Shown one piece after another: positions 25,793 through 37,393 of a stretch of DNA of 64,000 bases. A model generated the notes under the pieces. That model was not told where the DNA came from. It saw nothing but the letters and a program-made list of their open reading frames with translations, and did not search any database. A program made the position numbers and the translations under genes. Position 1 is the first letter of the stretch. Each line of letters opens with the position of its first letter. Origin of the DNA: Candidatus Polarisedimenticolia bacterium (GTDB lineage Bacteria; Acidobacteriota; Polarisedimenticolia; Gp22-AA2); assembly GCA_036005805.1 (NCBI GenBank), contig DASYQE010000381.1, positions 674 through 64,673 of the forward strand, written 5' to 3'.

Positions 25793-27793
25793 TCAGGCGA
25801 GAGCGAGGACCAGCGCCTTCTTGAGGTAACGGATCCGGTCGCGGAGCGCAGCCGCCTCCTCGAAGCGCAGGGCCTCGGCGGCGGCGTGCATCTCCTTGGT
25901 GAGGCCGGCGACCTCAGCTTCGATCTCGGCGGGGGTCTTGCCCTTCTCGGCGCCGCCGTCCGCCTCGATGGGCACCTTGAGGTAGTCGGCTTCGTAGACG
26001 CTGCCGAACACCTCGTCGAGCGACTTGACGATGCTCTCAGGGGTGATGCCGTTGGCGTCGTTGTACTCCTGCTGGCGGGCTCGGCGCCGGTTGGTCTCGT
26101 CGATGCACGCCTGCATCGAGTCGGTCATCCGGTCGGCGTACATGATGACGCGCCCCCGCACGTTGCGCGCCGCGCGGCCGACGGTCTGGATGAGCGACCC
26201 GGCCGAGCGCAGGTAGCCTTCCTTGTCGGCGTCGAGGATGCCGACGAGCGAGACCTCCGGCAGGTCGAGTCCTTCGCGCAGGAGGTTGACGCCGACGAGC
26301 ACGTCGAAGTCGCCGCGCCGCAGCCCGCGCAGGATCTGCACCCGCTCGAGCGTCTCGATGTCGGAGTGCAGGTACTGCACCTTGAGCCCGATGTCGGTGT
26401 AGTAGCGGCTCAGTTCCTCCGCCATGCGCTTGGTCAGCGTGGTGATGAGGACGCGCTCGCCGCGCTCGACCACCTGGCGCACCTCGTGCAGCAGGTCGTC
26501 CACCTGGTGCCGCACCGGGCGCACGTCGATCACCGGATCGATGAGCCCGGTCGGCCGGATGACCTGCTCGATGAACTCGCCGCCGGTCTGCTGCAGCTCG
26601 TACGGCCCCGGGGTCGCCGAGACATAGATGCGCTGCCCCGCCCGCTCCTCCCACTCCTCGAACTTCAGGGGGCGGTTGTCCACCGCCGACGGCAGGCGGA
26701 AGCCGTAGGAGACCAGGTTCTCCTTGCGGGACCGGTCGCCGAAGTACATGCCGCGCACCTGGGGGATCGACACGTGGCTCTCGTCGATGAGGAAGAGGTG
26801 ATCCTCGGGCAGGTAGTCCAGCAGGTTGGGAGGCGGCTCCCCCGGCGCGCGGCCGGTCAGGTGGCGCGAGTAGTTCTCGATCCCCTGGCAGTAGCCGATC
26901 TCCCGGATCATCTCCAGGTCGAACATGGTGCGCTGGTGCAGGCGCTGCGCCTCGAGGAGCTTCTTCTCCGACTCGAGGACCGCGAGGCGATCCTTCAGCT
27001 CGGCCTTGATGTTGTCGATCGCCGTGAGCAGCCGATCGCGCGGCGTGACGTAGTGCGAGTTGGGGTAGATCGGGATGCGGTCGAGGCGCTTCATCACCGC
27101 GCCGCGCACCGGGTCGATGGCCGAGACCGTCTCGATGTCGTCTCCGAACAGCTCGACGCGCACGGCGTACTCCTCGTACGAGGGGAAGATCTCGATGACG
27201 TCGCCGCGCACCCGGAACTTGCCGCGCTCGAGGTCGAACGGGGTGCGCTCGTACTGGATCTCCACCAGCTTGCGCAGCATGGCGTCGCGGTCGATGGTCT
27301 TGCCCGGCTCGAGCAGCACCATCATCCCGTGGTACGCCTCGGGCGACCCGAGGCCGTAGATGCACGACACCGAGGCGACGATGATGACGTCGCGCCGCTC
27401 GAACAGCGATCGCGTCGCCGAGTGCCGCAGGCGATCGATTTCGTCGTTGATCGTCGCTTCCTTCTCGATGTAGGTGTCGGACTGCGGGATGTACGCCTCG
27501 GGCTGGTAGTAGTCGTAGTAGGAGACGAAGTACTCCACCGCGTTGTCCGGGAAGAAGCGCCGGAACTCCTGGTAGAGCTGCGCCGCCAGCGTCTTGTTGT
27601 GCGACAGGATGAGCGCCGGCCGCCCGACCGCCTCGATGGTCTTGGCCATGGTGAAGGTCTTGCCCGAGCCGGTCACTCCGAGCAGGACCTGGTGCTTGCG
27701 GCCGGCGTTCAGCCCCTCGACCAGCCGGCGAATCGCCTCGGGCTGATCGCCCTTGGGCTCGAAGTCACTGACGAGTCGAAAGGGGCTGCTCAC
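25793..27793 (-). CDS. uvrB: excinuclease ABC subunit B
   Basis: [12 protein letters not shown] Walker A, helicase motifs, and a C-terminal UVR domain ([16 protein letters not shown]). Confidence 0.95.
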   Translation of the reverse strand: MSSPFRLVSDFEPKGDQPEAIRRLVEGLNAGRKHQVLLGVTGSGKTFTMAKTIEAVGRPALILSHNKTLAAQLYQEFRRFFPDNAVEYFVSYYDYYQPEAYIPQSDTYIEKEATINDEIDRLRHSATRSLFERRDVIIVASVSCIYGLGSPEAYHGMMVLLEPGKTIDRDAMLRKLVEIQYERTPFDLERGKFRVRGDVIEIFPSYEEYAVRVELFGDDIETVSAIDPVRGAVMKRLDRIPIYPNSHYVTPRDRLLTAIDNIKAELKDRLAVLESEKKLLEAQRLHQRTMFDLEMIREIGYCQGIENYSRHLTGRAPGEPPPNLLDYLPEDHLFLIDESHVSIPQVRGMYFGDRSRKENLVSYGFRLPSAVDNRPLKFEEWEERAGQRIYVSATPGPYELQQTGGEFIEQVIRPTGLIDPVIDVRPVRHQVDDLLHEVRQVVERGERVLITTLTKRMAEELSRYYTDIGLKVQYLHSDIETLERVQILRGLRRGDFDVLVGVNLLREGLDLPEVSLVGILDADKEGYLRSAGSLIQTVGRAARNVRGRVIMYADRMTDSMQACIDETNRRRARQQEYNDANGITPESIVKSLDEVFGSVYEADYLKVPIEADGGAEKGKTPAEIEAEVAGLTKEMHAAAEALRFEEAAALRDRIRYLKKALVLALA

Positions 27794-27820
27794 CTACTCC
27801 GTCCAGCGGCCCCGGCTTGA

Positions 27821-29845
27821 TCAGTCGTGAAGCGGCCCCAGGGCCTTGCATTTCCAGGCCCCGGAAGCATCGCACAGGCAGAGCTCCTTCGTCGAACCTC
27901 CCGTGTCGTAGCGGAATTCGTTCTCCGTGCAGGTCGAGCCGAGGTCGGCGCCAACGAGAGTGATCTTCGGACCGAACGCCTCCTTCATGACTCTGTGGCT
28001 CGGCCCAGCGTTGACGAGGGAGGAGCCGACACCGCTGAGATAGAGGATATCCGTCCCTGGAGAAGACACGACGTTGTCCCATCTCAGGAACGTGTTCGTC
28101 GCGCTCGGTGGGGGGGTGCGTCCCCCGTCGACGATGGCGAAGTGTTTGTCAGACGCGGTCCACCCGGACCCCATGTTGAAATCGCGATATCTCGGATTGC
28201 TGAGGCTGAAGGTCAGGTAGGGCGTATCCATGAGGACGTAGGCGATCGTGTCTCCGACGGCCTTGTCCGCCAGACTTACGAGGAATGTCGGGTTGATCAT
28301 CTCCGCAGACCGAGGCACCGTGTCTATGTAGTTCTGATCCACCTGCATGAATACGTGCTTGTGGTCGTAAGGGGCCGTGTCCTTGCGCGTCATGATGCAG
28401 ACGTCGTCGATGCTCATGAATGTCCCGAACGCAAAACCGTTCGAGATGCAGGCGAAATCCTCACCGTTCTCCTGAATTCCCACGTCGATATTGCAGTTCA
28501 TGGTGTTTCTAATCGAGAGGGTGAGAACTCCCGTAGCGCTGGTCGACAGGTCATTGCCCACCGAAAAAGCCTCGCTGCTGTGCAGGCAATCATGGTTCTC
28601 GACGTAGTTGTCGACGAACGCGACGACCGTGCCTTTCCCGGGACTTCCGGCTGTGGAGGAAAGCTCACACCGACCTGGGAACGCAGACGCGGGGTCATTG
28701 GCGCCACCCAGCCGATTGTTCGATACCATCACTGCGTGCGTTCGCGTTCCGCCTCCGACATGGACATGAATGGTACAAAGACCGCTGGGGTCACTCGTCA
28801 GGATATTGTCCGTGATCCAGACATTGTCGAGGTCGCTGGGAGCTGAACCTGTCAGGTAGTTGCCGACGTCGATTTCGCTGCCGATGACGCCGCTGATGCG
28901 GACTCCATCGGCCATCACCTGGAGCTGACCGACGCGTGTCGCGCCGTCTCCCTGGATCCAGATGTATGGCTTATTGATTGTCCCGCCCGGGATCTCTCCT
29001 CCCCCGTTGTTGCGCAGCTTCAAGACGTAGGGCTTCGTGTACGACGAGTCCGTGATCGCCGTCAGCGCCGTGAAGAATGAATCGAAGACTGTGCGTCCCA
29101 CCGCCTTCTGGTTCTGGGTGCCGAAGTTGGGTTCGATGTAGTAGACGGTCGCCGAGTTCCAGTCCACCGTCCGGTTGTTCGCCGCCGCGTCTGCCGACAG
29201 CCGCGGTATAAGGTCGGACGCGTACTCCAGGACCGCCTTCTCGGTCGTCAGCTTCTTCTGCACCGTCCCATCCTGCGCCGAGAACTTCACCGATCCATCG
29301 GGATGCAGCTTGCTCGTCTGCACGATGCCGGTCTGGTTCCCCGTTGTCTGTTGGCCTCCGACCGGTAAGCACTTGCAGTTCTCGGTCGTCGACCCCGCAT
29401 CCACCGTCCCGGCGGTCGGATTGGACGATGTGCAGTGACGAATCTTCGTGTGGCCTTCGCTCGCCTTGGAGAAGTACGCCGCCCACGATGTCACGGGCGC
29501 CCCAGGAGGAATCGCCGGGCGGGTCACGGTGATCAGATTGGTCGTTCCGCTCGATGGCTGGACATCTCCGGACGCCGGGGACATCGCGGTGCAGCCGCTT
29601 TCGTTGCACCACGCCACGTAGGTCCGGTATGTCTCCGCGGCGCTGCAGAACCCGCCGCTGCTCGCCCCGGCAAGGCTCGTCGGGGCCGTCCCCGGGTCTG
29701 CCAGCGTGAAATCCTTCTTGACTGCATAGCTGCTCCCGGTGCAGTCGTTCTCGTTCATGCACGTTTGAGCCCGGACAACCTCCGTGAGAAACAGGGTCGA
29801 CATGAGCCCGGCGACTGCAACACGAATCCAGGTCTGAGTGGTCAT
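27821..29845 (-). CDS. secreted beta-helix-like (pectin-lyase-fold-like) Cys-rich protein, tandem paralog 2
   Basis: Signal peptide. QTCMNENDCTGSSYAVKKDF N-terminal block; NNRLGGANDP; C-terminal ELCLCDASGAWKC. Similar over its full length to 29865..31943. Confidence 0.55.
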   Translation of the reverse strand: MTTQTWIRVAVAGLMSTLFLTEVVRAQTCMNENDCTGSSYAVKKDFTLADPGTAPTSLAGASSGGFCSAAETYRTYVAWCNESGCTAMSPASGDVQPSSGTTNLITVTRPAIPPGAPVTSWAAYFSKASEGHTKIRHCTSSNPTAGTVDAGSTTENCKCLPVGGQQTTGNQTGIVQTSKLHPDGSVKFSAQDGTVQKKLTTEKAVLEYASDLIPRLSADAAANNRTVDWNSATVYYIEPNFGTQNQKAVGRTVFDSFFTALTAITDSSYTKPYVLKLRNNGGGEIPGGTINKPYIWIQGDGATRVGQLQVMADGVRISGVIGSEIDVGNYLTGSAPSDLDNVWITDNILTSDPSGLCTIHVHVGGGTRTHAVMVSNNRLGGANDPASAFPGRCELSSTAGSPGKGTVVAFVDNYVENHDCLHSSEAFSVGNDLSTSATGVLTLSIRNTMNCNIDVGIQENGEDFACISNGFAFGTFMSIDDVCIMTRKDTAPYDHKHVFMQVDQNYIDTVPRSAEMINPTFLVSLADKAVGDTIAYVLMDTPYLTFSLSNPRYRDFNMGSGWTASDKHFAIVDGGRTPPPSATNTFLRWDNVVSSPGTDILYLSGVGSSLVNAGPSHRVMKEAFGPKITLVGADLGSTCTENEFRYDTGGSTKELCLCDASGAWKCKALGPLHD

Positions 29846-29864
29846 CGCGTCTCCTCTCCCGGGT

Positions 29865-31943
29865 CTAGTCCTGCAGCGCGCCGAGCGAGGCGCAGTTCCA
29901 GGTGTTGGCGGGATCGCAGACGCAGAGTTCTTTGGTCGCGCCGCCGGTGTCGAACCTCATTTCGTTCAGATCGCAGGTGCTCCCGACATCGGTCCCCGTG
30001 AGCAGAAGACCAGCCGCGAAACCGTCCGTGAGAAGTCTCGGAGAGGGAGCCGCGGTGATGCTTGACAAGGTGGCTCCCGACGTCAGGATGACGTCGCTGT
30101 CGGGAGCCTGCACCACGTTGTCCCAGGAAAGAAAGGTGTTCGTCCCGGAGGGAGGATTCGACCGAAATGCCGACACATTCGCGAAATACTTGTCTGACGC
30201 GCTCCAGCCCGAGCCGATCGCAAGTTCCTGGTACCTCGGGTTGCTCATCTTCAACTGGACCCGCGGCCCGTCGATCCAGACGTAGCCGATCCTGTCACCT
30301 GAGAAGTGACTCGCCGGAAGATTGACCGAGAATCGAGGGTTGATGAACTCCGCATTCCTCGAGATCGATCCCGAGTAGTCGCCGACCGTTTGCGCAAGCA
30401 CATAGTCATGAGCGTACGAACCTGAGTCCGCTCTCTTGATGACGCACGCGTCGCTCACGCTGTAGAGCGAGCCGAAGTTGGACCCCAAGCCGATGCACGC
30501 GAGGTTCAGACCCTGGGCGCTCAGGCCGTCCTTCACGTTGCAGTTGAGCGTGTTCCCGGACGACAACACGATGGACTTCGCGGTATCGTCGGTTGTGCCG
30601 CCGAAGGCGGCCAGAAGCTCATTGCCGTAGTCGCAGCCGTCGGACTCGACGTAGTTCCCGACGAACTGCACCACCGTCCCGGTTCCCCCGTTGCCGGCAT
30701 AGTTTCGCAGCGCACACTTGTTGTCGACGATCGCACCGGGATCGTTGCTTCCACCCAGCCTGTTGTTCGAAACCATCACGGCGTGCGACCGCGTGCCGCC
30801 CCCCACGTTGACGTTGACGCCACAGCCGGTGCTGCCCGCGCCGTTGGTCACGACGTTGTTCGTAATCCAGACATTGTCGAGATCCGAAGGCGTGTAGGTG
30901 GGAAAGGTCACGTTCCCGACCTGAATCACCGGAGTGATCAGCCCGCTGACGCGGACGCCGTCGGCCAGGATCTTGATGACGCCGACCCTCGTGGCCCCGT
31001 CCCCCTGGAGCCAGACGTAGGGCTTGGTGATCGACGCGCCGGTTAGTTCACCGCCACCGTTGTTTCGCACCTTGATGACGTAGGGCTTGGTGTAGGCGGA
31101 GTCGGTAATCGCCGCCAGCGCGTTCGTGATCGAGCTGAAGACCGTCCGACCGACGCCATTGGTCGTCCCGGCTCCGAAGTTCGGCTCGACGTAGTACACC
31201 GCGGCCGAGTTCCATTCCACGGTGCGGAAATTGGCGCCCGCGTCGGGAGAGAATCGCGGAAGGAGATCCGTGGCGAAGTCGAGCACGGCCCTCTCGGCCG
31301 TCAGCTTTCCCTGCACGGTGCCGTCCTTGGAGGAGATCTTGACGGGGCCGCTCGGATCCAGCTTGCTCATCTGGACGATTCCGGTCTGGTTCGAGTTCGT
31401 CATGAGTTGGTTGCCAGCACATTTGCAGCTCTCGCTCGTCGTCGCCGCCGCCAGTGTTCCGGTCCCGGCGCCGAGTCCGCTGCAGATGCGGAGAATGGAA
31501 TGATTCTCCGTCCCCGATTTCGAGTAATAGGCGGACCATGATGTCGCGCCCGACGCGATCGATGGCCTCGTGACGGTGATCAGATTTGTCGAGCCGCTTG
31601 ACGGAGTGATATCAGCCGACGCTGGTGATGCAGCCGTACAGCCGCTCTCGTTGCACCACGCTACATAGGTCCGGTAGGTCGTCGATGCGCTGCAGGAGCC
31701 TCCCGTGGTCGCTCCGGCGGCATTGGAAGGCGCGCTTGTCGGGTCCGCCATCCCGAAGTCCTTCTTGACCGCGTAGCTGCTCCCCGTACAGTCATTGACG
31801 TTCATGCACATCTGGGCGCGCGCGCTCGTTCCATGCGTCAGCGCTGCAAGGACCACCAACATGCCCATCCCGATCTCGCCTGTCCGGCGGGTCAGCGATG
31901 AAGACCTCGGTGGAGCGACTACCCTGCGGAGACGAAGGCTCAT
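29865..31943 (-). CDS. secreted beta-helix-like Cys-rich protein, tandem paralog 1
   Basis: Signal peptide. QMCMNVNDCTGSSYAVKKDF; NNRLGGSNDP; C-terminal ELCVCDPANTWNC. Confidence 0.55.
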   Translation of the reverse strand: MSLRLRRVVAPPRSSSLTRRTGEIGMGMLVVLAALTHGTSARAQMCMNVNDCTGSSYAVKKDFGMADPTSAPSNAAGATTGGSCSASTTYRTYVAWCNESGCTAASPASADITPSSGSTNLITVTRPSIASGATSWSAYYSKSGTENHSILRICSGLGAGTGTLAAATTSESCKCAGNQLMTNSNQTGIVQMSKLDPSGPVKISSKDGTVQGKLTAERAVLDFATDLLPRFSPDAGANFRTVEWNSAAVYYVEPNFGAGTTNGVGRTVFSSITNALAAITDSAYTKPYVIKVRNNGGGELTGASITKPYVWLQGDGATRVGVIKILADGVRVSGLITPVIQVGNVTFPTYTPSDLDNVWITNNVVTNGAGSTGCGVNVNVGGGTRSHAVMVSNNRLGGSNDPGAIVDNKCALRNYAGNGGTGTVVQFVGNYVESDGCDYGNELLAAFGGTTDDTAKSIVLSSGNTLNCNVKDGLSAQGLNLACIGLGSNFGSLYSVSDACVIKRADSGSYAHDYVLAQTVGDYSGSISRNAEFINPRFSVNLPASHFSGDRIGYVWIDGPRVQLKMSNPRYQELAIGSGWSASDKYFANVSAFRSNPPSGTNTFLSWDNVVQAPDSDVILTSGATLSSITAAPSPRLLTDGFAAGLLLTGTDVGSTCDLNEMRFDTGGATKELCVCDPANTWNCASLGALQD

Positions 31944-31996
31944 GACATTCCACCTCCGGGGAAACGTGCGTTTGCGGTTTCGTTGCGACGTGCGGC

Positions 31997-32025
31997 CTTA
32001 TGGCACGCATCGCGGTGGCCGTCAA
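31997..32025 (-). promoter_or_regulatory. candidate promoter TTGACG-N17-CATAAG upstream of the beta-helix paralog pair
   Basis: Located in the AT-richer 150-bp gap between the kinase stop and the paralog-1 start. Confidence 0.3.
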
Positions 32026-32096
32026 GCGGTTTTCTTACGTCGAGATTCGTTTGATGATTGATCGGGAAGGAACTACCTATTGTTACTTACTACGTT

Positions 32097-33038
32097 CTAC
32101 CGAGGATCATTTCCGGACGTGAGATGGAGCGCATCGATCTCATGCCAGAACGAATCATCCTTCCGGAATCGCAGCTCGAAGAGCGACAGCTTCGCGAAGA
32201 CAGTCGCGATCAGACTCCAGGCCTGCGGGTGATGGCCCAGCTCACCGACGACGAACGGCAGGTTTGCGACGAAATCCGCGAACCCCCGGGCGCGATCGAT
32301 CGGCCGTACGGAGGGGACCGTATCCTTGCGCAACCGGAACGCGCCCACGACCGGATATCGGTCCGTGAGATCCTCGCAGGCCGTGTACGTCCCGCGGAAG
32401 GGACTCCCGATGGCCGCAAATCCCGGCCCTTGCGGCAGATTGAGGGTCAAATCATCGCTGATGACCTGGCCGCCGCAGATGGATGCGATGGTTGACTTGC
32501 CAGCGCCGGAATTCCCGAAAAACAGGTAACACCCTCCATTGCGCACCACGCTTGCGGCGTGCAGCACGAAGCCGCCGCGCAACAGGACGACCCAGGCGAG
32601 GCAGGCACGCAGGAGATTTTCCGTCGCCAGGTGAACCGGATCGGTGCGCGCCAAGGCTCCCGCGCGCTCCCGAGTCAGGACGATGCCCACCCCGCTCCCG
32701 ATGTCGACGCACGCGCAGGTCGTGCCCGTCGCATAGTAGAGCCGCCCGTCGCGAACGGCATGCTCCATTCTGTAGTTCTCCGCCGGTCCGTTGGGGTCCG
32801 GAGAATCCAGATAGGGAGCATCCGGCTCGCTGCGGAACGCGAGACTCAGGGGCACAGGTGGGATGAGATCCGAGGACAGATAGCGCCGGAACCGCTTCGC
32901 AACGAAGGCCTCGGTTTCCGCGTCCAGCCCTGCGAGCGACACCTGAAAGCCCGAGAGACTGATCGAACGCGTTCCGTCCCCTGACGCGGGGCGAGCCGTC
33001 TCGAAGTCGAACCCCACCGGCGGGTTCCACGAGGTCAT
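32097..33038 (-). CDS. HprK-related kinase, second paralog
   Basis: FFGNSGAGKST Walker A, ISDDLTLN, and C-terminal ELRFRKDDSFWHEIDA (compare RLHFRKDDAFWDVIEE in the 19074 paralog). ATGA overlap with the upstream MTase gene. Confidence 0.7.
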   Translation of the reverse strand: MTSWNPPVGFDFETARPASGDGTRSISLSGFQVSLAGLDAETEAFVAKRFRRYLSSDLIPPVPLSLAFRSEPDAPYLDSPDPNGPAENYRMEHAVRDGRLYYATGTTCACVDIGSGVGIVLTRERAGALARTDPVHLATENLLRACLAWVVLLRGGFVLHAASVVRNGGCYLFFGNSGAGKSTIASICGGQVISDDLTLNLPQGPGFAAIGSPFRGTYTACEDLTDRYPVVGAFRLRKDTVPSVRPIDRARGFADFVANLPFVVGELGHHPQAWSLIATVFAKLSLFELRFRKDDSFWHEIDALHLTSGNDPR

Positions 33039-34255
33039 CCCGCATACCCCATGGCAACGAAGTGATCACTGCCGATGGCATCGACGCTCCTGAACCCGGC
33101 TTCGTTGGCTTCCGCTCTGACACCCGCGGCGAAGAAGCGGTGGCTAAAAGCCTTTCCGAGCTGGCCTTCCGGTGTGACGAACCAGGTGAACCAGTCGCCG
33201 AACTCGCTCTTGCGATCGCCCTGAAGGCGTCGGCGGGCCGCCACCGCCATGAGTCGAGCCAGATGCTCGAATCGATGCACGAGATGGGCGCTGTACATGA
33301 GAACCCCCTGCTCCGTCAGATGCCGCCCGAGATTCCGCAGGCACGCCACCCGGCGGCTCCTGCCCGGTATGAAAGAGTAGACGAGGGCGGTCATGAAGAT
33401 GCCGTCGAAGCGACGCTCGCCCAGGTCCAGTGTCGCGATGTCACCGGCGAGGAACTCCGCGTCCAGCCCCATGCGTGCGGCATTCTCCCGGGACGCTTCA
33501 ACCATGGCAGGGATCAGATCCACGCCCAGAACGTGGTAGCCGAGCCGGGCCAGATGCAATGCCTCCCGGCCGACCCCACTTCCAGGCACGAGAAGGGAGC
33601 CGCCCCGGGGCACATGTCGCGCCACGAGATCCCGGGTCCAGTCACCCAAAGGCACCTGGAGAATCGATTGGTAATTCTTGACTTGCCAGGCGTACTTGCG
33701 GCCGATGGTGTCGATTTCGTCGTCCGGCGGTCCCGGCGCCTGTCCTATTTTCTTGCACCAGTAGATGAGCGAAGCGATCCGAGACGTCACCGGATGGACG
33801 CGTGCCGCGAAGCGTTCCAGGCCCCTCCGGACCGCCGAATCTTCATCGACGACTCCAAGAACTCGTTCACCCGTAATCTCCTCGAAAACACCAGGGAGAA
33901 CGTCGAGCGCGGTCCGGTAGGGCCCGCCCCGTGTCCCCGAAAGGATTCTCCGCAGCTCGGCCCAGCCACGGATGTCGCAGAGCGCCAAGTCCCCCGGCGA
34001 GACGTCACATCCCCCGACGACCTGAACCTCCTGGCCATGCTCGATCCAGGGAACGGCGGAAAAACCAACGACACTCAACGGCAATCTCTTCCCTCGGCCG
34101 AGCAGCACTCTCAGAGTCGATGCTGGAACGAGCATCCCGCCGGCCGCGAGCGTGACGGCTCGCGGGTATGCCTGTGCCCAGGCAGAGGGCAATTCTCCAC
34201 CTGCATGTGGATCGATCAAGGTTTCGGCCGTCTGTTGCGGCTCGGTTTTCGGCAC
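33035..34255 (-). CDS. two-domain protein: N-terminal unknown ~190-aa domain + class I SAM-dependent methyltransferase
   Basis: LLVPGSGVGREALHLARLGYHVLGVDL (motif I/II) and FDGIFM. The N-terminal half matches no family I recognise. Confidence 0.65.
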   Translation of the reverse strand: MPKTEPQQTAETLIDPHAGGELPSAWAQAYPRAVTLAAGGMLVPASTLRVLLGRGKRLPLSVVGFSAVPWIEHGQEVQVVGGCDVSPGDLALCDIRGWAELRRILSGTRGGPYRTALDVLPGVFEEITGERVLGVVDEDSAVRRGLERFAARVHPVTSRIASLIYWCKKIGQAPGPPDDEIDTIGRKYAWQVKNYQSILQVPLGDWTRDLVARHVPRGGSLLVPGSGVGREALHLARLGYHVLGVDLIPAMVEASRENAARMGLDAEFLAGDIATLDLGERRFDGIFMTALVYSFIPGRSRRVACLRNLGRHLTEQGVLMYSAHLVHRFEHLARLMAVAARRRLQGDRKSEFGDWFTWFVTPEGQLGKAFSHRFFAAGVRAEANEAGFRSVDAIGSDHFVAMGYAG

Positions 34256-34615
34256 GAGCCGGAGTCTAGCATCCGGCCCGCAACCGCAGGAAGCACAGGG
34301 TTTTGGGTTCAGGTGAAGTCAGCGGGCATCTCGATCAGGCAACTTTAGGACGCTGGCAGGCAATCCCTCGTCCAGCGGCCAACCCAGACCTTTGGACGGC
34401 ATACGGAAGCGTGATCACGGTTCCTTCCTTGCGCGCGGGCCGCACGAGACCCAAATCTTCGTAGAGCAGGAGCGGCGCCCTTCCCCCTCCCGGATCGCGC
34501 CGGAGGAACATGCGTGGGTGCCGTGAGCCCGGCCTCCCCTGGAGCACGTGGGGACCATGGTCGAGATCATCTATACTCCCGGCCCCAGCGCGCGCGGCCC
34601 TGCGCGTGAGGTGAC

Positions 34616-37393
34616 GTGAGCCCCTTCACACCGGAATCCACTTCCTCTTTCACATCGGGATCCTCCTCGGCCGATCCAGACGCGCCGCGCGGCGGGAACC
34701 CGGGCGGCGGCTTCACGAGCGGAGCGCCCCCCGCCGGCGGTCCGCCCGGCGCAGGCCCGGGCGGCGCCGGTGGCTCGGGCGCCGGCGGCGCCGGCGGCCG
34801 GTTCTCCTGGGTGACCCGCCGGCGCAAGCTCTGGGGCGGCATCCTCCTCGGCGCGCTCCTCGTCGCCGGGGTCGCCGGCTCGACGCTCGGCTGGTTCCTC
34901 ACCTTCGACATCCCGGAGGTGAAGTCGCTCCAGGACTGGAAGCCGCCGGTCGTCACCACCCTCTACAGCGCCGACGGCAAGCCGCTCTACCAGTTCGGCG
35001 CCGAGAAGCGCATCGTCGTCGATCTCGACGCGGTGCCGAAGCAGTTCCTCGACGGGCTGGTCGCCACCGAGGACGCGCATTTCTACGACCACGTCGGCGT
35101 CGACCCGTGGGGCATCGCGCGCGCCATCATCAAGGACGTGATCCACATGCGCAAGGCGCAGGGCGGCAGCACGCTGACCCAGCAGCTGGCGCGCTCCCTG
35201 TTCCTGAAGCCGGAAAAGACCTGGCGGCGCAAACTTCAAGAAATGGTGCTGGCGCTGCAGATCGAGAAATCGTTCACCAAGAGCGAGATCCTCAACTTCT
35301 ACGTCAACCAGGTCTACATGGGACACGGCCGCTACGGCATCGAGGCGGCGGCGCGATTTTATTTCGGCAAGCCGGCGAAGGAGATGTCGCTCCCCGAGTC
35401 GGCGCTTCTGGCCGGGCTGGTGCAGCGGCCCGAGGCGTATTCGCCGATCCGGGCGCCCGAGCGCGCCACCAACCGCCGCAACGTCGTGCTGCGCCGCATG
35501 GTCGAGGAAAAGAAGATCGATCGCGACACCGCCACGGCCGCCATCAAGAGCCCGGTCGTGGTGGCCAAGGTCCAGGACGAGGACGTCATCGCGCCCTATT
35601 TCGTCGAGGAGGTGCGGCGCTACCTCGACGCAACCTACGGCGAGGTGGCCCTCTACCAGGAGGGGCTCGAGGTCTACACGACCCTCGACCCGGCGCTGCA
35701 GCGCGCCGCCAACCAGGCGGTGTTCGACGGCCTGCGGGCCCTCGACAAGCGGCGCGGCTGGCGCGGCGTGCCGCGCAACCTGATCAAGGAGAAGGAAGAC
35801 CCGGCGCGCTTCACGCACGCCACCTGGATGAAGCCGCCGATGGTCGGGCGGCAGCGCTGGGGGGTGATCACCGAGGTCGGCAAGAAGGACGCCGCGGTGC
35901 GGCTCGGCGAGTGGACCGCGCACGTGGACGCCGCCGGCGTGAAATGGACCAACAAGTCGATCGAGAAGCTGTTCAAGGTCGGCGACCTCGCGCCATTCCT
36001 GGTGCAGAAGATCGACGAGGGCAAGAAGACGCTGACGGTGGCCCTCGACCAGGAGCCCGACGCCGAATCCGCCCTGCTCGTCCTCGATCCCAGCAACGGC
36101 GAGGTGCGCGCGCTGGTCGGCGGCTGGGACTTCAACCGCAGCCAGTTCGACCGCGCCACCCAGTCGTACCGGCAGGCGGGATCGGCCTTCAAGCCGTTCG
36201 TCTACGCCGCGGCGCTCGAGTCGGGATACACGCTGGCGCAGACCATCTTCGACGAGCCGACGGTCTTCGTGGACCAGGCGACCGGCGACCAGTACCAGCC
36301 GAACAACTACTACCGCAAGTACTACGGCATCACGACGCTGCGCGAGGCCATGGAGGAGTCGCGCAACATCGTGGCGGTGAAGCTGCTCAACGAGGTCGGC
36401 TACGGCCGCACCATCGACACGGCGCGGCGCATGGGGATCTCCAGCGCGCTGCGCCCGTACCCGTCCATGGCGCTCGGCACCATGGAGGTCTCGCTGTGGG
36501 ACCTGGTCACCGCCTACTCGGTGTTCGCCAACCAGGGCGTGCGCGTCGAGCCGCACTTCATCCGCCAGGTCGTCGATCGCGAGGGACGCGTGCGCGAGGA
36601 GGCCAAGCCGCGCGTCGTCGAGGCGATCCGCGCCGACGTGGCGTATCTCATGACGTACCTGCTCGAAGGCGTCACCGAGGTGGGGACCGGCGCCGCCGCC
36701 GCGTCGGCGCTCGACCGCGTCGTCGCCGGCAAGACCGGCACGACCGACGACCTGGCCGACGCCTGGTTCGTCGGTTTCAGTCCGAGCCTGATCGCCGGCG
36801 CCTGGGTCGGCTTCGATCAGAAGAAGCCGCTCGGCGAGGGGGAAACCGGCGCCAAGGCGGCCCTGCCGATCTGGATCGAGTTCATGCAGGCGGCGCACGA
36901 AGGCAAGCCGGTGGAGAAGTTCACCAAGCCGGCCAACATCGCCTACACGCCCATCGACCGGCGGCTCGGCAAGCTCGCCACCTCGGATTCGCACTGCCCG
37001 TCGCCTTTCCTCGAGGCGTTCATCGAGGGAACCGAGCCGACCGAGGCGTGCTCCGAGGCGGAGCACTTCCGCGCCTCGCTCCCCTACTACTTGCAGAAGT
37101 TCGAGATCAGCCGCGACCTGGAGCTGCGCATCGAGCCCGAGGTGGTCGCGAACCTGGTGCGCCAGGGCTCCGGCGACCTCGAGCTGGCGCCGGACGGCAA
37201 GGAGCTGATCCTCAAGGGCGACGACGGCAGCGAGCGGCACCTGAAGCTCGACCTCAGCCGCGGCGAGCGCAAGGACCTGCAGGCCGGGCTCCAGGTGCTG
37301 CAGCCCATCGGAGCCCAGGACGGCGCCACCGGCGAGGTCCCGGTCGGCATCGACGGCCGCCCGGCGACCATCGTCCCGATCAAACCCGACTAA
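34616..37393 (+). CDS. mrcA: penicillin-binding protein 1A (class A: glycosyltransferase + transpeptidase)
   Basis: GT51 motifs ([29 protein letters not shown]). Transpeptidase SAFKP and KTGTT. Gly/Pro-rich N-terminal tail. Confidence 0.85.
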   Translation: MSPFTPESTSSFTSGSSSADPDAPRGGNPGGGFTSGAPPAGGPPGAGPGGAGGSGAGGAGGRFSWVTRRRKLWGGILLGALLVAGVAGSTLGWFLTFDIPEVKSLQDWKPPVVTTLYSADGKPLYQFGAEKRIVVDLDAVPKQFLDGLVATEDAHFYDHVGVDPWGIARAIIKDVIHMRKAQGGSTLTQQLARSLFLKPEKTWRRKLQEMVLALQIEKSFTKSEILNFYVNQVYMGHGRYGIEAAARFYFGKPAKEMSLPESALLAGLVQRPEAYSPIRAPERATNRRNVVLRRMVEEKKIDRDTATAAIKSPVVVAKVQDEDVIAPYFVEEVRRYLDATYGEVALYQEGLEVYTTLDPALQRAANQAVFDGLRALDKRRGWRGVPRNLIKEKEDPARFTHATWMKPPMVGRQRWGVITEVGKKDAAVRLGEWTAHVDAAGVKWTNKSIEKLFKVGDLAPFLVQKIDEGKKTLTVALDQEPDAESALLVLDPSNGEVRALVGGWDFNRSQFDRATQSYRQAGSAFKPFVYAAALESGYTLAQTIFDEPTVFVDQATGDQYQPNNYYRKYYGITTLREAMEESRNIVAVKLLNEVGYGRTIDTARRMGISSALRPYPSMALGTMEVSLWDLVTAYSVFANQGVRVEPHFIRQVVDREGRVREEAKPRVVEAIRADVAYLMTYLLEGVTEVGTGAAAASALDRVVAGKTGTTDDLADAWFVGFSPSLIAGAWVGFDQKKPLGEGETGAKAALPIWIEFMQAAHEGKPVEKFTKPANIAYTPIDRRLGKLATSDSHCPSPFLEAFIEGTEPTEACSEAEHFRASLPYYLQKFEISRDLELRIEPEVVANLVRQGSGDLELAPDGKELILKGDDGSERHLKLDLSRGERKDLQAGLQVLQPIGAQDGATGEVPVGIDGRPATIVPIKPD

